Notes: generated by a model from the letters alone, not told the origin. Numbered from the stretch's first letter, positions 30,591-38,871 are shown. The stretch is DNA of 64,000 nt from an uncultured Holophagales bacterium (GCA_963842525.1 CAWJGT010000024.1:32001-96000), one strand, 5' to 3'. Translations and numbers: made by a program.

Positions 30591-31689
30591 GCGATGTCAC
30601 CAGCTTCTCGATCAGCGGCCGGATCTGTTCCGTGAACCGCTCGGCGCCGAACCGCTCGCGCCAGCGCCGCTGCCCGGCCTCGCCCATCCGCCGCGCCAGC
30701 CCGGGCTGGCCGAGCAGGGTTGCGAGCGCGGAGGCCAGCTCCTCCGGGTCCTGGCCGACGAGCAGACCGGTCGCACCGTCCTCCACGATCTCCTCGGCCG
30801 CGCTGCCGCGGGCGGCCAGGCACGCCTTGCCGGCGCGCATCGCCTCCAGGAAGACCAGTCCGAACCCTTCTCCCAAGCTGGGCATGACGAAGGCGGCGCA
30901 GCGCCTGTAGAGCTCCATGAGGGTAGCTTCGGCGACGAATCCGGTGAAGACCGCGCTCTCCGCGAGCCCCAGCGCTGACGCCTTCGCCTCCAGCCGCAGC
31001 CGGTCGCCGCCGTCTCCCGCCAGGACGAGACGGGCGCCGGGATGGACGGCGAGGAGGCGCGGCATGGCCTCCAGAAGCTGATCATGGCCCTTGTAGCGCT
31101 CGGTCGGCGCCATCCTCCCGACGACGAGCAAGAAACCCTCGCCGAGGCGGCCGAGCAGGGCCTCGTCGGGCTGCCCGGAGGGGCCGCGCTCCTCGAGGGC
31201 CAGCGGCACGACGGCCGCGCCGTTCAAGCCGGGGCAGAAGGGGCGCGCCCGGCCGACCGTGTATTCCGAGAACGCGAGCTGGACCGCGGCGTTCGCCAGT
31301 GCCCGCCGGCGGCTCCAGCCCAGGGGCTGCCAGACCTCGATGCCGTGCAGGGCGACGAGGTAGGGAGCCCGCCGCCGGGCCGGCAGCCAGGCCTGGATGC
31401 GCGCCGGCCCGAGCAGGTCGTAGACGCAGGCACAGCGCCGGTCCCGCCACTGCCGCCGCCAGACCGCCAGGGCGAGAGCGCGCTGCCCGCGGGGATCACC
31501 ATCGAAATACCGCGCCGGAGAACGATCCGGCGCGCCAGATCGTCCCAGGGCCAGGACCTCGAAATTGACTCCCCATTGGCGGGTGAGCCCGGCGCAGGTC
31601 CGCGCCAGGAGCCGTCCAGCCAAGGCCCGGCCGCCGCCGTCCAGGTCCAGGCCGGCGGAGATGAAGACGAGGTCGCGTTTGGCTTGCAT
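30577..31689 (-). CDS. Glycosyltransferase family 4 (PimA/PimB-like)
   Basis: LHGIEVW, VGRMAPTERYKGHD, EGFGLVFLEAMRAGK; start at ATG 31689. Confidence 0.85.
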   Translation of the reverse strand: MQAKRDLVFISAGLDLDGGGRALAGRLLARTCAGLTRQWGVNFEVLALGRSGAPDRSPARYFDGDPRGQRALALAVWRRQWRDRRCACVYDLLGPARIQAWLPARRRAPYLVALHGIEVWQPLGWSRRRALANAAVQLAFSEYTVGRARPFCPGLNGAAVVPLALEERGPSGQPDEALLGRLGEGFLLVVGRMAPTERYKGHDQLLEAMPRLLAVHPGARLVLAGDGGDRLRLEAKASALGLAESAVFTGFVAEATLMELYRRCAAFVMPSLGEGFGLVFLEAMRAGKACLAARGSAAEEIVEDGATGLLVGQDPEELASALATLLGQPGLARRMGEAGQRRWRERFGAERFTEQIRPLIEKLVTSHVRN

Positions 31690-31769
31690 TATCGTCCAGA
31701 CAGGCTCCGCCCCCTTCGGTGTACATCGGAGACGACACCGCCGGGGAATGGAAGCTCGCGGCGGGCTGC

Positions 31770-32351
31770 TCAGCCCGCGATGCGGAACCTGCGGCTGCGG
31801 CCGGGCCGCACGGGAGCGAGCACCTCCCGGTCCAGCTCCGCCGCCACCGATTGTCGCAGCAGAGAGATCGAGACCACCAGGCGCATCCGCCCCTTTTCCC
31901 GCAGCACCGTGCCCGTCCACCCCTGGAACGGGCCGTCGACGATCTCCACCTCGTCGCCCGGCTCGATCCAGGGATGCGGCACCAGCGGCGCGCCCGAGAG
32001 CTGCAGGCGCCACAGGCTGGCGAGCTCTTCGTGCAGGCGCTCCTGGTCCTGGACCGGCAGCACCTGGACGATCAGGTTGCTCTCCAGGGTCGTCCGGCGC
32101 GCCGCGGCGGCGCCGCGGAAGAAGAGATAGCCGGGGAACAGCGGCAGGTGCGACACGAACGTCCGACCCGCGCGCCGCACCTGCTTTTCGGCCTGGGGCA
32201 GATAGAATCCTACCCCCTGCTCCTTCAGGTGGCGCGCCAGCCCCTTCTCCTGCCGGCTCCGTACGTACACCGCCCACCAGGGACGGTCCACCGGCGACAG
32301 CTCGAACAGGTTGGGGGGGAAGCAGTCGACTTCGCGCTTGAGGATCGGCAC
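31770..32351 (-). CDS. Specialised NusG paralog (RfaH/UpxY/TaA-type transcription antiterminator)
   Basis: WWAVYVRSRQEK, PLFPGYLF (NGN domain), GDEVEIVDGPFQG (KOW); first gene of the long polysaccharide operon. Confidence 0.88.
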   Translation of the reverse strand: MPILKREVDCFPPNLFELSPVDRPWWAVYVRSRQEKGLARHLKEQGVGFYLPQAEKQVRRAGRTFVSHLPLFPGYLFFRGAAAARRTTLESNLIVQVLPVQDQERLHEELASLWRLQLSGAPLVPHPWIEPGDEVEIVDGPFQGWTGTVLREKGRMRLVVSISLLRQSVAAELDREVLAPVRPGRSRRFRIAG

Positions 32352-32416
32352 GTCGGGCTGAGGCTCTACTCCAAAGTTACGGCAGCAACAGATATCCGCG
32401 AAAACGCGGCAGTATT

Positions 32417-32668
32417 GTGTCAGAAGGGCGGGGGCAAGACAAGGAGGGGGTCGCAATCCGTGACGACCTCCTCGCAGCCGTCGACCGCGCCGCGCAATCG
32501 CGTGGCGAGTCCAGGAACCGGTTCGTCATCCAAGTGCTCCAGCAGGCCGTTCGTGCGCGCCGTGATGCCGAGGTTACAAAGCGTCTGAACGATCTCTTTG
32601 CCGATGTCGAGCCCAGGGAAGAACAGGCGCGCACGGTCTCCGGAGGGTTCCTGTCGGCGATCTGCTAG
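32417..32668 (+). CDS. CopG-like ribbon-helix-helix protein, probable orphan or degenerate antitoxin
   Basis: GVAIRDDLLAAVDRAAQSRGESRNRFVIQVLQQAV matches the RHH beta-alpha-alpha pattern; N- and C-termini look eroded; no toxin gene follows. Confidence 0.55.
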   Translation: MSEGRGQDKEGVAIRDDLLAAVDRAAQSRGESRNRFVIQVLQQAVRARRDAEVTKRLNDLFADVEPREEQARTVSGGFLSAIC

Positions 32669-32742
32669 GCCGGTAGTCCCGGCCGAGCGCCATGGCGTCG
32701 CATGAAGAGGATACACCAGGAAGGCAAGGGGCACTCGTTCCC

Positions 32743-35271
32743 TCAACCCAACTCGTCGGCCGCCGGCAGGCCGAGTGCCGCCGCGCTCGCGCGGGCACGC
32801 AGCAGAAGCGTTCGTAGCTGCTCCAGAGGAACATCTCGCATCGCGTTCCATTGCCGATAGGCCTCCGGCTGGTGCTGCGCCAGCTTCTCGAAGGTGGCCA
32901 TCAGGTTGGGGTCTTCGAGGCGGACGATCAGCCGGTGAGCGAAGCGTTGCGCGAGGCTGACGTGGACCGGGCTTTCGTGATGAAAGGGGCTCGCGGGCGG
33001 GGATGGAGCGAAGCCATAGCCCGGTTGCCCGTCGAGATCGCGTGCCTGGTGTGCGAGGGCGCGGACAGAAAGGTGAATGAAGACCACGCTCTTCAGGGAC
33101 CTGGATGATACGCCGAGGAGCTCGGCCGCTGCGACGATCACTTTTGAATAGAGCACGAGCCGGCCTGTCGTGTCGTATTGACCAAGGAGGTTCCCCGTCA
33201 CCAACTCGCGGCGGTCCAGTCGCTCTCGGAGAAGGCGCCGCAAACCAGCAGCGGACGTCAGCAGCTTCCTGCCTTTGTCTCCAAGGTTCTTCTCGGCTTC
33301 CTCCAGAGTTACATGCCAGTTCCGCCGATCTTTCCTCAGTAGCTCTTCCCACAGAAGGAAAGGGGGCGTCTCATCGGAAAGCCCGAGGTTCTCGGCTTGG
33401 TCGCTATGACGCCGGTGGAGCCATTCAATGGGCGCCCAATCCTCGCGCTCGTCCGAGTGCTCGTCGTCTGCACGTCGCGAAGCCAGAATCTGACCTCCGG
33501 CGAGCGCGATCCGGTCAGGGTCGTAGCGGAGACCCATCAGGTCTTCGGCTAAGAGGCGATAGCCAGCCAGGCAAGGAGCTTGGCCTCGGTATTGGGTGTA
33601 TTTCAGAACCGCCTCGACCGGGAGGCGCCAGAAGAGTGGCGCGAATAGATCCTTCGCAACCCAATGATCCAGGTCTCCTCTGAACGGCCAATCATCCTTG
33701 AATTCGCGGTGCCACCGAACGGGAGCGGAAGGTGAAGCCTGGTGCAGAATGCGCGCCGCGAGCTCAGGCTCCTCTGTGGCTGCCAGCCCGTCGAGAACCC
33801 TGCGAGCTCGTGTGGGTCGCCAGGGTGGAATCCGGTGGACCGCCGCAACTGCGGCCATGTTTTCCCGCCACTCGCTGATCAGCCACGCCACGGCCTCGAC
33901 ATGACCATGGCGCAAGGAATCGAGCATCGCATCGACGGACTGATCCCCCACATCTGGGAGAAGGTCGAACTCTCTGGGCAAAGGCGGGTCCCATCGATCG
34001 GTGGGCCGTAGCGCGGCCTCGGCAGGACGACGGGCGTAGATCCGGCGCTCCACTCCATCCTTCTCGTTGCGGCAAAGGAGCACCAGACAACGCACGGTGG
34101 TGCTTTTATCCCAGAAAACCTTCGCCGCGTCCGCCTCCTCCTCTGTGACGTACTCCACAGCCATCAACGGTCGGCCGGCGTCGCTGTGGCAGACGAGGTC
34201 GGCGTAACGACTGCCTCGGGGACGATGCCCCTCAGATCCGTACAGAACCCCTTCCTCGATCGCGGATTCGTCCCAGGGAGCAAGGATATCGAAGAAACCG
34301 TGTTGCTCCCTCCGCCTGGTAAGATCCTCCTTGAGGGAGGCGACAGCCTCCAAACGCCCCAGCGCATCCTGGGCACGCTGGGCGGAGGAGGGAAAAAGCT
34401 CTCGGAACAACTCCAAGTACGACTTGTAGAGAGGGGAAAAAGCGCTCGCGGTGCTCTCACCACCAACGACTCGGTCCGCCGCGCCATGCATTTCATCATG
34501 GGGGAGGACGAAGGGCTTGCGTTCCTTGGCCTTTTTTTCCCTGGCTTCGCGTTCCTCCCCGAGCGCAAGCAGCCTTTCTACACCTGCCGCGAAAGGTCCC
34601 TCGCCGGGAGGCGAGGATGTCGCTCGGGCGAGCACCGGTACGATCCGGACCCGCCGCCGTTCTTTGGGTCTCGGCGCTGACTTCACCGCCTCAGCCACGG
34701 TGAGGGTCCCGTCCAGCGACTCCTGATTTGCAACGAACATGCAGACGACGGTGTCGGCGAGAATCGTGGTTGCAAGCCCCCCGAGCTCCGTCACTCCGGT
34801 GCGGGCATCGATCAAAAGGTAGTCCGGTTTGAGCTCCTCCTCGAGGCGAGCGTGCAAGTCGAGCAGGGGTAGCAGCCCTTGTCCGCTCGGATCGTCGAAG
34901 CGGACCTGCTCTCCAAGCTGCTTGAGCGCCGCCCAGTAGACCCGGTCCGGGGCCGGTCCCGCGGGCATCAGCCGCAGCCAGCCGCCCGAGCCCGGAGGCA
35001 CCGGGACCTCGATCATGTGTTCTTCCAGCGGAGGGGGAGACAGGGCTCCTTGAGCCGTCGCGACCAGGTAGGGAACGGCGCCGCCCATCCTCTCCGACGC
35101 ACCTTCATGGCTCGCCGCGCGGCCCAGCTTGTAGTGCAGCCCAGGTGCCTCGAAGTCGAGATCGAGGGCCACCACGCCCCTGCCGAGCGAAGCCAGAAAG
35201 CGCGCTGCGTTCGCCAGGAGCAGTGAGCGCCCGACTCCTCCCTTGTACGAGTAGAAGGCCAGCGTCTCCAC
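32743..35271 (-). CDS. Multidomain ParA/MinD-like P-loop ATPase (KGGVGR variant) with degenerate REase-like and zincin-like C-terminal domains
   Basis: FYSYKGGVGRS Walker A variant, LDLDFEAPGL, YLLIDARTG; later ADLVC...PLMAVEY and LLGQY...LVLY...VVFIHLSVRALAH...LAQ. Confidence 0.75.
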   Translation of the reverse strand: METLAFYSYKGGVGRSLLLANAARFLASLGRGVVALDLDFEAPGLHYKLGRAASHEGASERMGGAVPYLVATAQGALSPPPLEEHMIEVPVPPGSGGWLRLMPAGPAPDRVYWAALKQLGEQVRFDDPSGQGLLPLLDLHARLEEELKPDYLLIDARTGVTELGGLATTILADTVVCMFVANQESLDGTLTVAEAVKSAPRPKERRRVRIVPVLARATSSPPGEGPFAAGVERLLALGEEREAREKKAKERKPFVLPHDEMHGAADRVVGGESTASAFSPLYKSYLELFRELFPSSAQRAQDALGRLEAVASLKEDLTRRREQHGFFDILAPWDESAIEEGVLYGSEGHRPRGSRYADLVCHSDAGRPLMAVEYVTEEEADAAKVFWDKSTTVRCLVLLCRNEKDGVERRIYARRPAEAALRPTDRWDPPLPREFDLLPDVGDQSVDAMLDSLRHGHVEAVAWLISEWRENMAAVAAVHRIPPWRPTRARRVLDGLAATEEPELAARILHQASPSAPVRWHREFKDDWPFRGDLDHWVAKDLFAPLFWRLPVEAVLKYTQYRGQAPCLAGYRLLAEDLMGLRYDPDRIALAGGQILASRRADDEHSDEREDWAPIEWLHRRHSDQAENLGLSDETPPFLLWEELLRKDRRNWHVTLEEAEKNLGDKGRKLLTSAAGLRRLLRERLDRRELVTGNLLGQYDTTGRLVLYSKVIVAAAELLGVSSRSLKSVVFIHLSVRALAHQARDLDGQPGYGFAPSPPASPFHHESPVHVSLAQRFAHRLIVRLEDPNLMATFEKLAQHQPEAYRQWNAMRDVPLEQLRTLLLRARASAAALGLPAADELG

Positions 35272-35277
35272 GGTCGA

Positions 35278-35694
35278 TCAGGCCGCCAGCCCGAAGGCGC
35301 CGCCCTGTTGGAGCCGGCGAGCCAGGACGCGAGCGTCGTCTACGCCGTGATGTCTTGCCGCGTAACGAAACCGGCTGGCGAGGGTCTGCGCATCCTCCTC
35401 CAGGATTGCGCGAAGCGCGGTCCGCAGGGTCTTGGGGGCGTGCTCCTCGGCGAGATAGCGCTGGGCCAGGGTCTGGGCGCGGGCGTAGTCCCGGGCCTTC
35501 AGTGCCGCCCGCACCGCACCTCGCCGGGCGATACGCCCTTCCGGCTGCGCGACGGGGAGGGCCGCCGCCAGCTCCTCCTCGAGCGACGAAACCTCCGCCC
35601 AGGCCAGTGGCGCGGAGCTGACTCCGTGCTCTTCGAGCTGTTCGGCGCGCCAGATAGCGGCGGTGACGAGCGAGTGCAGCACATCGGTGCTCAC
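35278..35694 (-). CDS. Small alpha-helical (TPR-like) protein of unknown function
   Basis: 138 aa from GTG 35694 (GTGA overlap with the upstream gene); amphipathic helices (AWAEVSSLEEELA, IARRGAVRAALKARDYARAQTLAQRYL). Confidence 0.7.
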   Translation of the reverse strand: MSTDVLHSLVTAAIWRAEQLEEHGVSSAPLAWAEVSSLEEELAAALPVAQPEGRIARRGAVRAALKARDYARAQTLAQRYLAEEHAPKTLRTALRAILEEDAQTLASRFRYAARHHGVDDARVLARRLQQGGAFGLAA

Positions 35695-36212
35695 GGCCGC
35701 CTCGCCTTGGTTGAATGGAGAGCTGCCGCGGGCTCTTCGAACCCTACGACGCCGGCCCACCTTTGATCCACGTCCTCACTATTTGCAACCTGGCCGAGCT
35801 TCTCGGCGAGCCTGGGTGCGATCTCCCCACGGTCGACGCCACTGACTTCCAGCGCGACGACCTGGCGCGTACCCTCGCTCGTCTTTTCAAGAAGCCAATC
35901 GGCGTGCTCCTCGCGCTGCATCCGCCGCACGACGCGCCAGCCTCGATCCCGGTGCGCCAGAGCAAGCGCGACCGCCTCGGCGCCGTCCTCCGTCACTCGG
36001 TTGTAGTCATGTTGGTCCAGGCTGGCGAGATCGGAGCTGGCCCAAGAGAGCACCCCCTGGGTCACGACGCGCTCGAGATCCAGGCTGATCGCTGCTGGAG
36101 ACCCATGGCCGTTTCGCTGCAGGCCGAGTGCGGCGCGAGCCGTCATTACGAGGACGAGGTCTTCGGGTAGTCGTGGATGCATCTCGTGAAGCTCGCCGAG
36201 GTTGATCTCCAT
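35691..36212 (-). CDS. Putative PD-(D/E)xK restriction-endonuclease-fold protein (E...D...ExS variant)
   Basis: 173 aa from ATG 36212 (3' part of the 35691..36860 ORF): TEDGAEAVA helix, HADWLL, VALEVSG, RLAEKLGQV, VVGFEEP. Confidence 0.6.
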   Translation of the reverse strand: MEINLGELHEMHPRLPEDLVLVMTARAALGLQRNGHGSPAAISLDLERVVTQGVLSWASSDLASLDQHDYNRVTEDGAEAVALALAHRDRGWRVVRRMQREEHADWLLEKTSEGTRQVVALEVSGVDRGEIAPRLAEKLGQVANSEDVDQRWAGVVGFEEPAAALHSTKARRP

Positions 36213-36222
36213 ACCACTGAAT

Positions 36223-36286
36223 CTTCGCCGGTTTTGGTGCGGCGAAGCAACCCCCGAGCCAGAGCGTCCAGAGCGTCGCTGGGGGT
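36223..36286. other. Two adjacent hairpins plus a 9-bp direct repeat at the cysQ/island junction
   Basis: CTTCGCCG-N9-CGGCGAAG (36223-36247); ACCCCC(G)AGC...GCTGGGGGT enclosing CCAGAGCGT x2. Confidence 0.45.
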
Positions 36287-36289
36287 CCC

Positions 36290-37084
36290 TCAACCAGCCC
36301 CTGCCGCCGCCCGCCGGGCGATCTCCTCTTCGATCTCCGGCAGGAGCTGCGGCGGGGTGGCGATCAGGCTCGAGAGGAGCGGCTTCGGACGGTTGAAGCG
36401 GTGCTCCTCGGGGCTGCCGGCCACGATGGCGCCGCCGGCGGCGAGGACGAGGGCTACGCCCGCTGCCACGTCCCACTCGTGCTTGGGGACGAGGGTCCAG
36501 GTGGCGTCCGCCTGGCCGGAGGCGACCAGGCCCAGCTTGTAGGCGACCGAGCCGCAGGGCCGGATGGTGAACAGGTCCTCGCGGTAGCCTTCCCACTCCT
36601 TCCGCTTCACCTCGCTCCGGCTGGCCACGACGGTCGCGCCGGCGAGCCCCGGCCGGCCGCTGACGTTCACCGGCTGGCCGTTGCGGGTCACCCCCATTCC
36701 CCTGGCCCCCACGATCCGCTCGCCGGTCGCCGGGTTGCAGATCCCGCCGGCCACCGGCTCGCCGTCGACCACCAGGCCCACCGAGACGCACCACTCCGGG
36801 ATCCCCTCGACGAACTCGCGGGTGCCGTCGAGCGGGTCCACCACCCAGGCCCGCCGGCAATCGACCCGCGACAGGTCGTCCCGCGTCTCCTCCGAGAGCC
36901 AGCCCTCGCCGTCCTGCGGCAGGATGCGTTTCAACAGGGCATCCACAGCCAAATCCGCCTCGGTGACCGGGTCGTCCCCCTGCTTGCGCTTGGCTTCGAT
37001 ATCGCCGGGGGTGAAGCGCTGGAAGAGGGTGTACGCCTCCTCCAGCGCCCGTTCGATACGCGCCAGCTCGGCGCTCCAGCTCAC
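36290..37084 (-). CDS. cysQ: 3'(2'),5'-bisphosphate nucleotidase (PAP phosphatase, inositol monophosphatase family)
   Basis: DPVTEAD, WLSEE, VDPLDGTREF, VVASRS, KHEWDVAAG; coupled to the sat-cysC gene. Confidence 0.88.
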   Translation of the reverse strand: MSWSAELARIERALEEAYTLFQRFTPGDIEAKRKQGDDPVTEADLAVDALLKRILPQDGEGWLSEETRDDLSRVDCRRAWVVDPLDGTREFVEGIPEWCVSVGLVVDGEPVAGGICNPATGERIVGARGMGVTRNGQPVNVSGRPGLAGATVVASRSEVKRKEWEGYREDLFTIRPCGSVAYKLGLVASGQADATWTLVPKHEWDVAAGVALVLAAGGAIVAGSPEEHRFNRPKPLLSSLIATPPQLLPEIEEEIARRAAAGAG

Positions 37085-38871
37085 TGAGCCACCATGCTGG
37101 GTCCCAGATACCCCTCGCGCTCCAGGTGCAGCAGGATCTCCTGCGCCGCCTCCTCGGGGGAGAGCTGCGTGGTGTCGATCACCAGGTCGGCGTCGGCCGG
37201 CTCCTCGTAGGGGTCGGAGATACCGGTGAACTCCTTGAGGATGCCGGCGCGCGCCTTGGCGTAGAGCCCCTTGCGGTCGCGCTCCTCGCAGGTCTCGATC
37301 GGCGTGGCCACGTGGACCAGCATGAAGCCGCCGCCCGGCTCGATCAGGTGCCGCACCTCCTTGCGCACGGTGTCGTAGGGCGCGATCGGCGCGCAGATGG
37401 CGATGCCGCCGTTCTTGGTGATCTCCGAGGCCACGTAGCCGATGCGGCGGATGTTGATGTCGCGGTGCTCCTTGGAGAAATTCAGCTCCGAAGAGAGGTT
37501 CTTGCGCACGATGTCGCCGTCAAGGAGGGTCACCGGCCGCCCGCCCGCCTCCAGGAGCTTGACCAGCAGGACGCTCGCGATCGTCGACTTGCCGGCGCCC
37601 GACAGGCCGGTGAGGAAGACCGTGAAGCCCTGCTGGTGGCGCGGCGGATGGGTGCGCCGCAGCTCGTCGGCCACCTCGGGGAAGGTGAACCAGCCCGGCA
37701 GATCGCGCCCCTCCTGCAGGCGCTTGCGCAGCTCCGTGCCCGAGATGTCCAGCGTCCGTGAGCCTGCCGGCACCTCGTCCTGCGGCAGGTAGGTGTCGAG
37801 GTCCTCCACGTAGCTGAGCATCTGGAACGGCACCATCTCGACTCCCAGCTCCTCCTGGTGCTGGCGCAGCAGCTCCTGGGCGTCGTACGGGCCGTAGAAC
37901 GGCTTGCCCTGGGAGTCGTTGCCGGGGCCGGCATGGTCGCGGCCGACGATGAAATGGGTGCAGCCGTAGTTCTTGCGGATGAGGGCGTGCAGCACCGCCT
38001 CGCGCGGTCCGCCCATGCGCATGGCGAGCGGCAGCAGCGCCAGCTTCGCCGTGTGCTGCGGGAAGCGGTGCAGGACCGCCTGGTAGCAGCGCACCCGGGT
38101 GTAGTGGTCGAGGTCGCCCGGCTTGGTCATGCCCACGGTGGGGTGGATCAGGAGGTTGGCCCGCGCCTCTTTGGCCGCCCGCAGCGTCAGCTCGCAGTGC
38201 GCCCGGTGCATGGGGTTGCGGGTCTGGAAGGCCACCACCCGGCGCCAGCCCTCGCGGGCGATTTCGGTCCGCAGCTCGGCCGGGGCCGGGCGCAGCGCGC
38301 GGAAGTCGTAGTGCACGGGGAGCTGGAGCCCTTCGAGCCGGCCGCCGAGAGCCACCGGATGCGTGCGGTCGAGCAGGTACGCCACACCGGGGTGCTTGCG
38401 GTCGAGGGTGCCGAAGGTCGCCTGGGCGCTCGCCTCGCGGTCGAGGTCCCAGATCTCGTCGACGTGCAGGGCGGCCAGCATGACCCCCTCCGGGTCGCGC
38501 AGCGCCAGCACGCTGGTGCCCTGGCGCAGCTTGCCGGCCAGCTCGCGCGGGACGTCGAGCAGGATCGGGATCGGCCACAGGGTGCCGTCGGCCAGGCGCA
38601 TCCGCTCGCAGACCGCATCGTGATCGGCCTTGCCCATGAAGCTGCGGAGCGGCGAAAAGCCGCCGTTGAGCAGCAGCTCCAGGTCGCAGAGCTGGCGTCC
38701 GGTCAGGTCCCAGGAGGACCAGTCGCGGGACGCCGCCTTCAGCTCGGCGGCGCGGTCGGCGGTGGCCAGGAGGTCCACGAGCTCGCCGCCGTGGGGCTCG
38801 ATCAGATGGCTCGCCGGGCCGTCGGACGGCCGGTCGGAGCTCGGAATCGGAAATGGGGCAACGTTGGTCAT
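37081..38871 (-). CDS. sat: Bifunctional sulfate adenylyltransferase / adenylylsulfate kinase (Sat-CysC, PAPS synthesis)
   Basis: VAFQTRNPMHRAH, HFIVGRDHAG, then TGLSGAGKST, LDGDIVR, KGLYAKARAG, FTGISDPYE. Confidence 0.95.
   Translation of the reverse strand: MTNVAPFPIPSSDRPSDGPASHLIEPHGGELVDLLATADRAAELKAASRDWSSWDLTGRQLCDLELLLNGGFSPLRSFMGKADHDAVCERMRLADGTLWPIPILLDVPRELAGKLRQGTSVLALRDPEGVMLAALHVDEIWDLDREASAQATFGTLDRKHPGVAYLLDRTHPVALGGRLEGLQLPVHYDFRALRPAPAELRTEIAREGWRRVVAFQTRNPMHRAHCELTLRAAKEARANLLIHPTVGMTKPGDLDHYTRVRCYQAVLHRFPQHTAKLALLPLAMRMGGPREAVLHALIRKNYGCTHFIVGRDHAGPGNDSQGKPFYGPYDAQELLRQHQEELGVEMVPFQMLSYVEDLDTYLPQDEVPAGSRTLDISGTELRKRLQEGRDLPGWFTFPEVADELRRTHPPRHQQGFTVFLTGLSGAGKSTIASVLLVKLLEAGGRPVTLLDGDIVRKNLSSELNFSKEHRDINIRRIGYVASEITKNGGIAICAPIAPYDTVRKEVRHLIEPGGGFMLVHVATPIETCEERDRKGLYAKARAGILKEFTGISDPYEEPADADLVIDTTQLSPEEAAQEILLHLEREGYLGPSMVAQ

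Noticed and set aside
32743-35271. ParA-like gene as a plasmid or chromosome partition locus, or as a Wzc kinase domain
   Set aside because: No parB/parS, a KGGVGR rather than KGGVGK motif, a long unrelated C-terminus and no Tyr cluster; a true wzc is present separately
32417-36289. Island as an IS or integrative element
   Set aside because: No transposase, integrase, terminal inverted repeats or target duplication recognised; reported only as a compositionally distinct insertion
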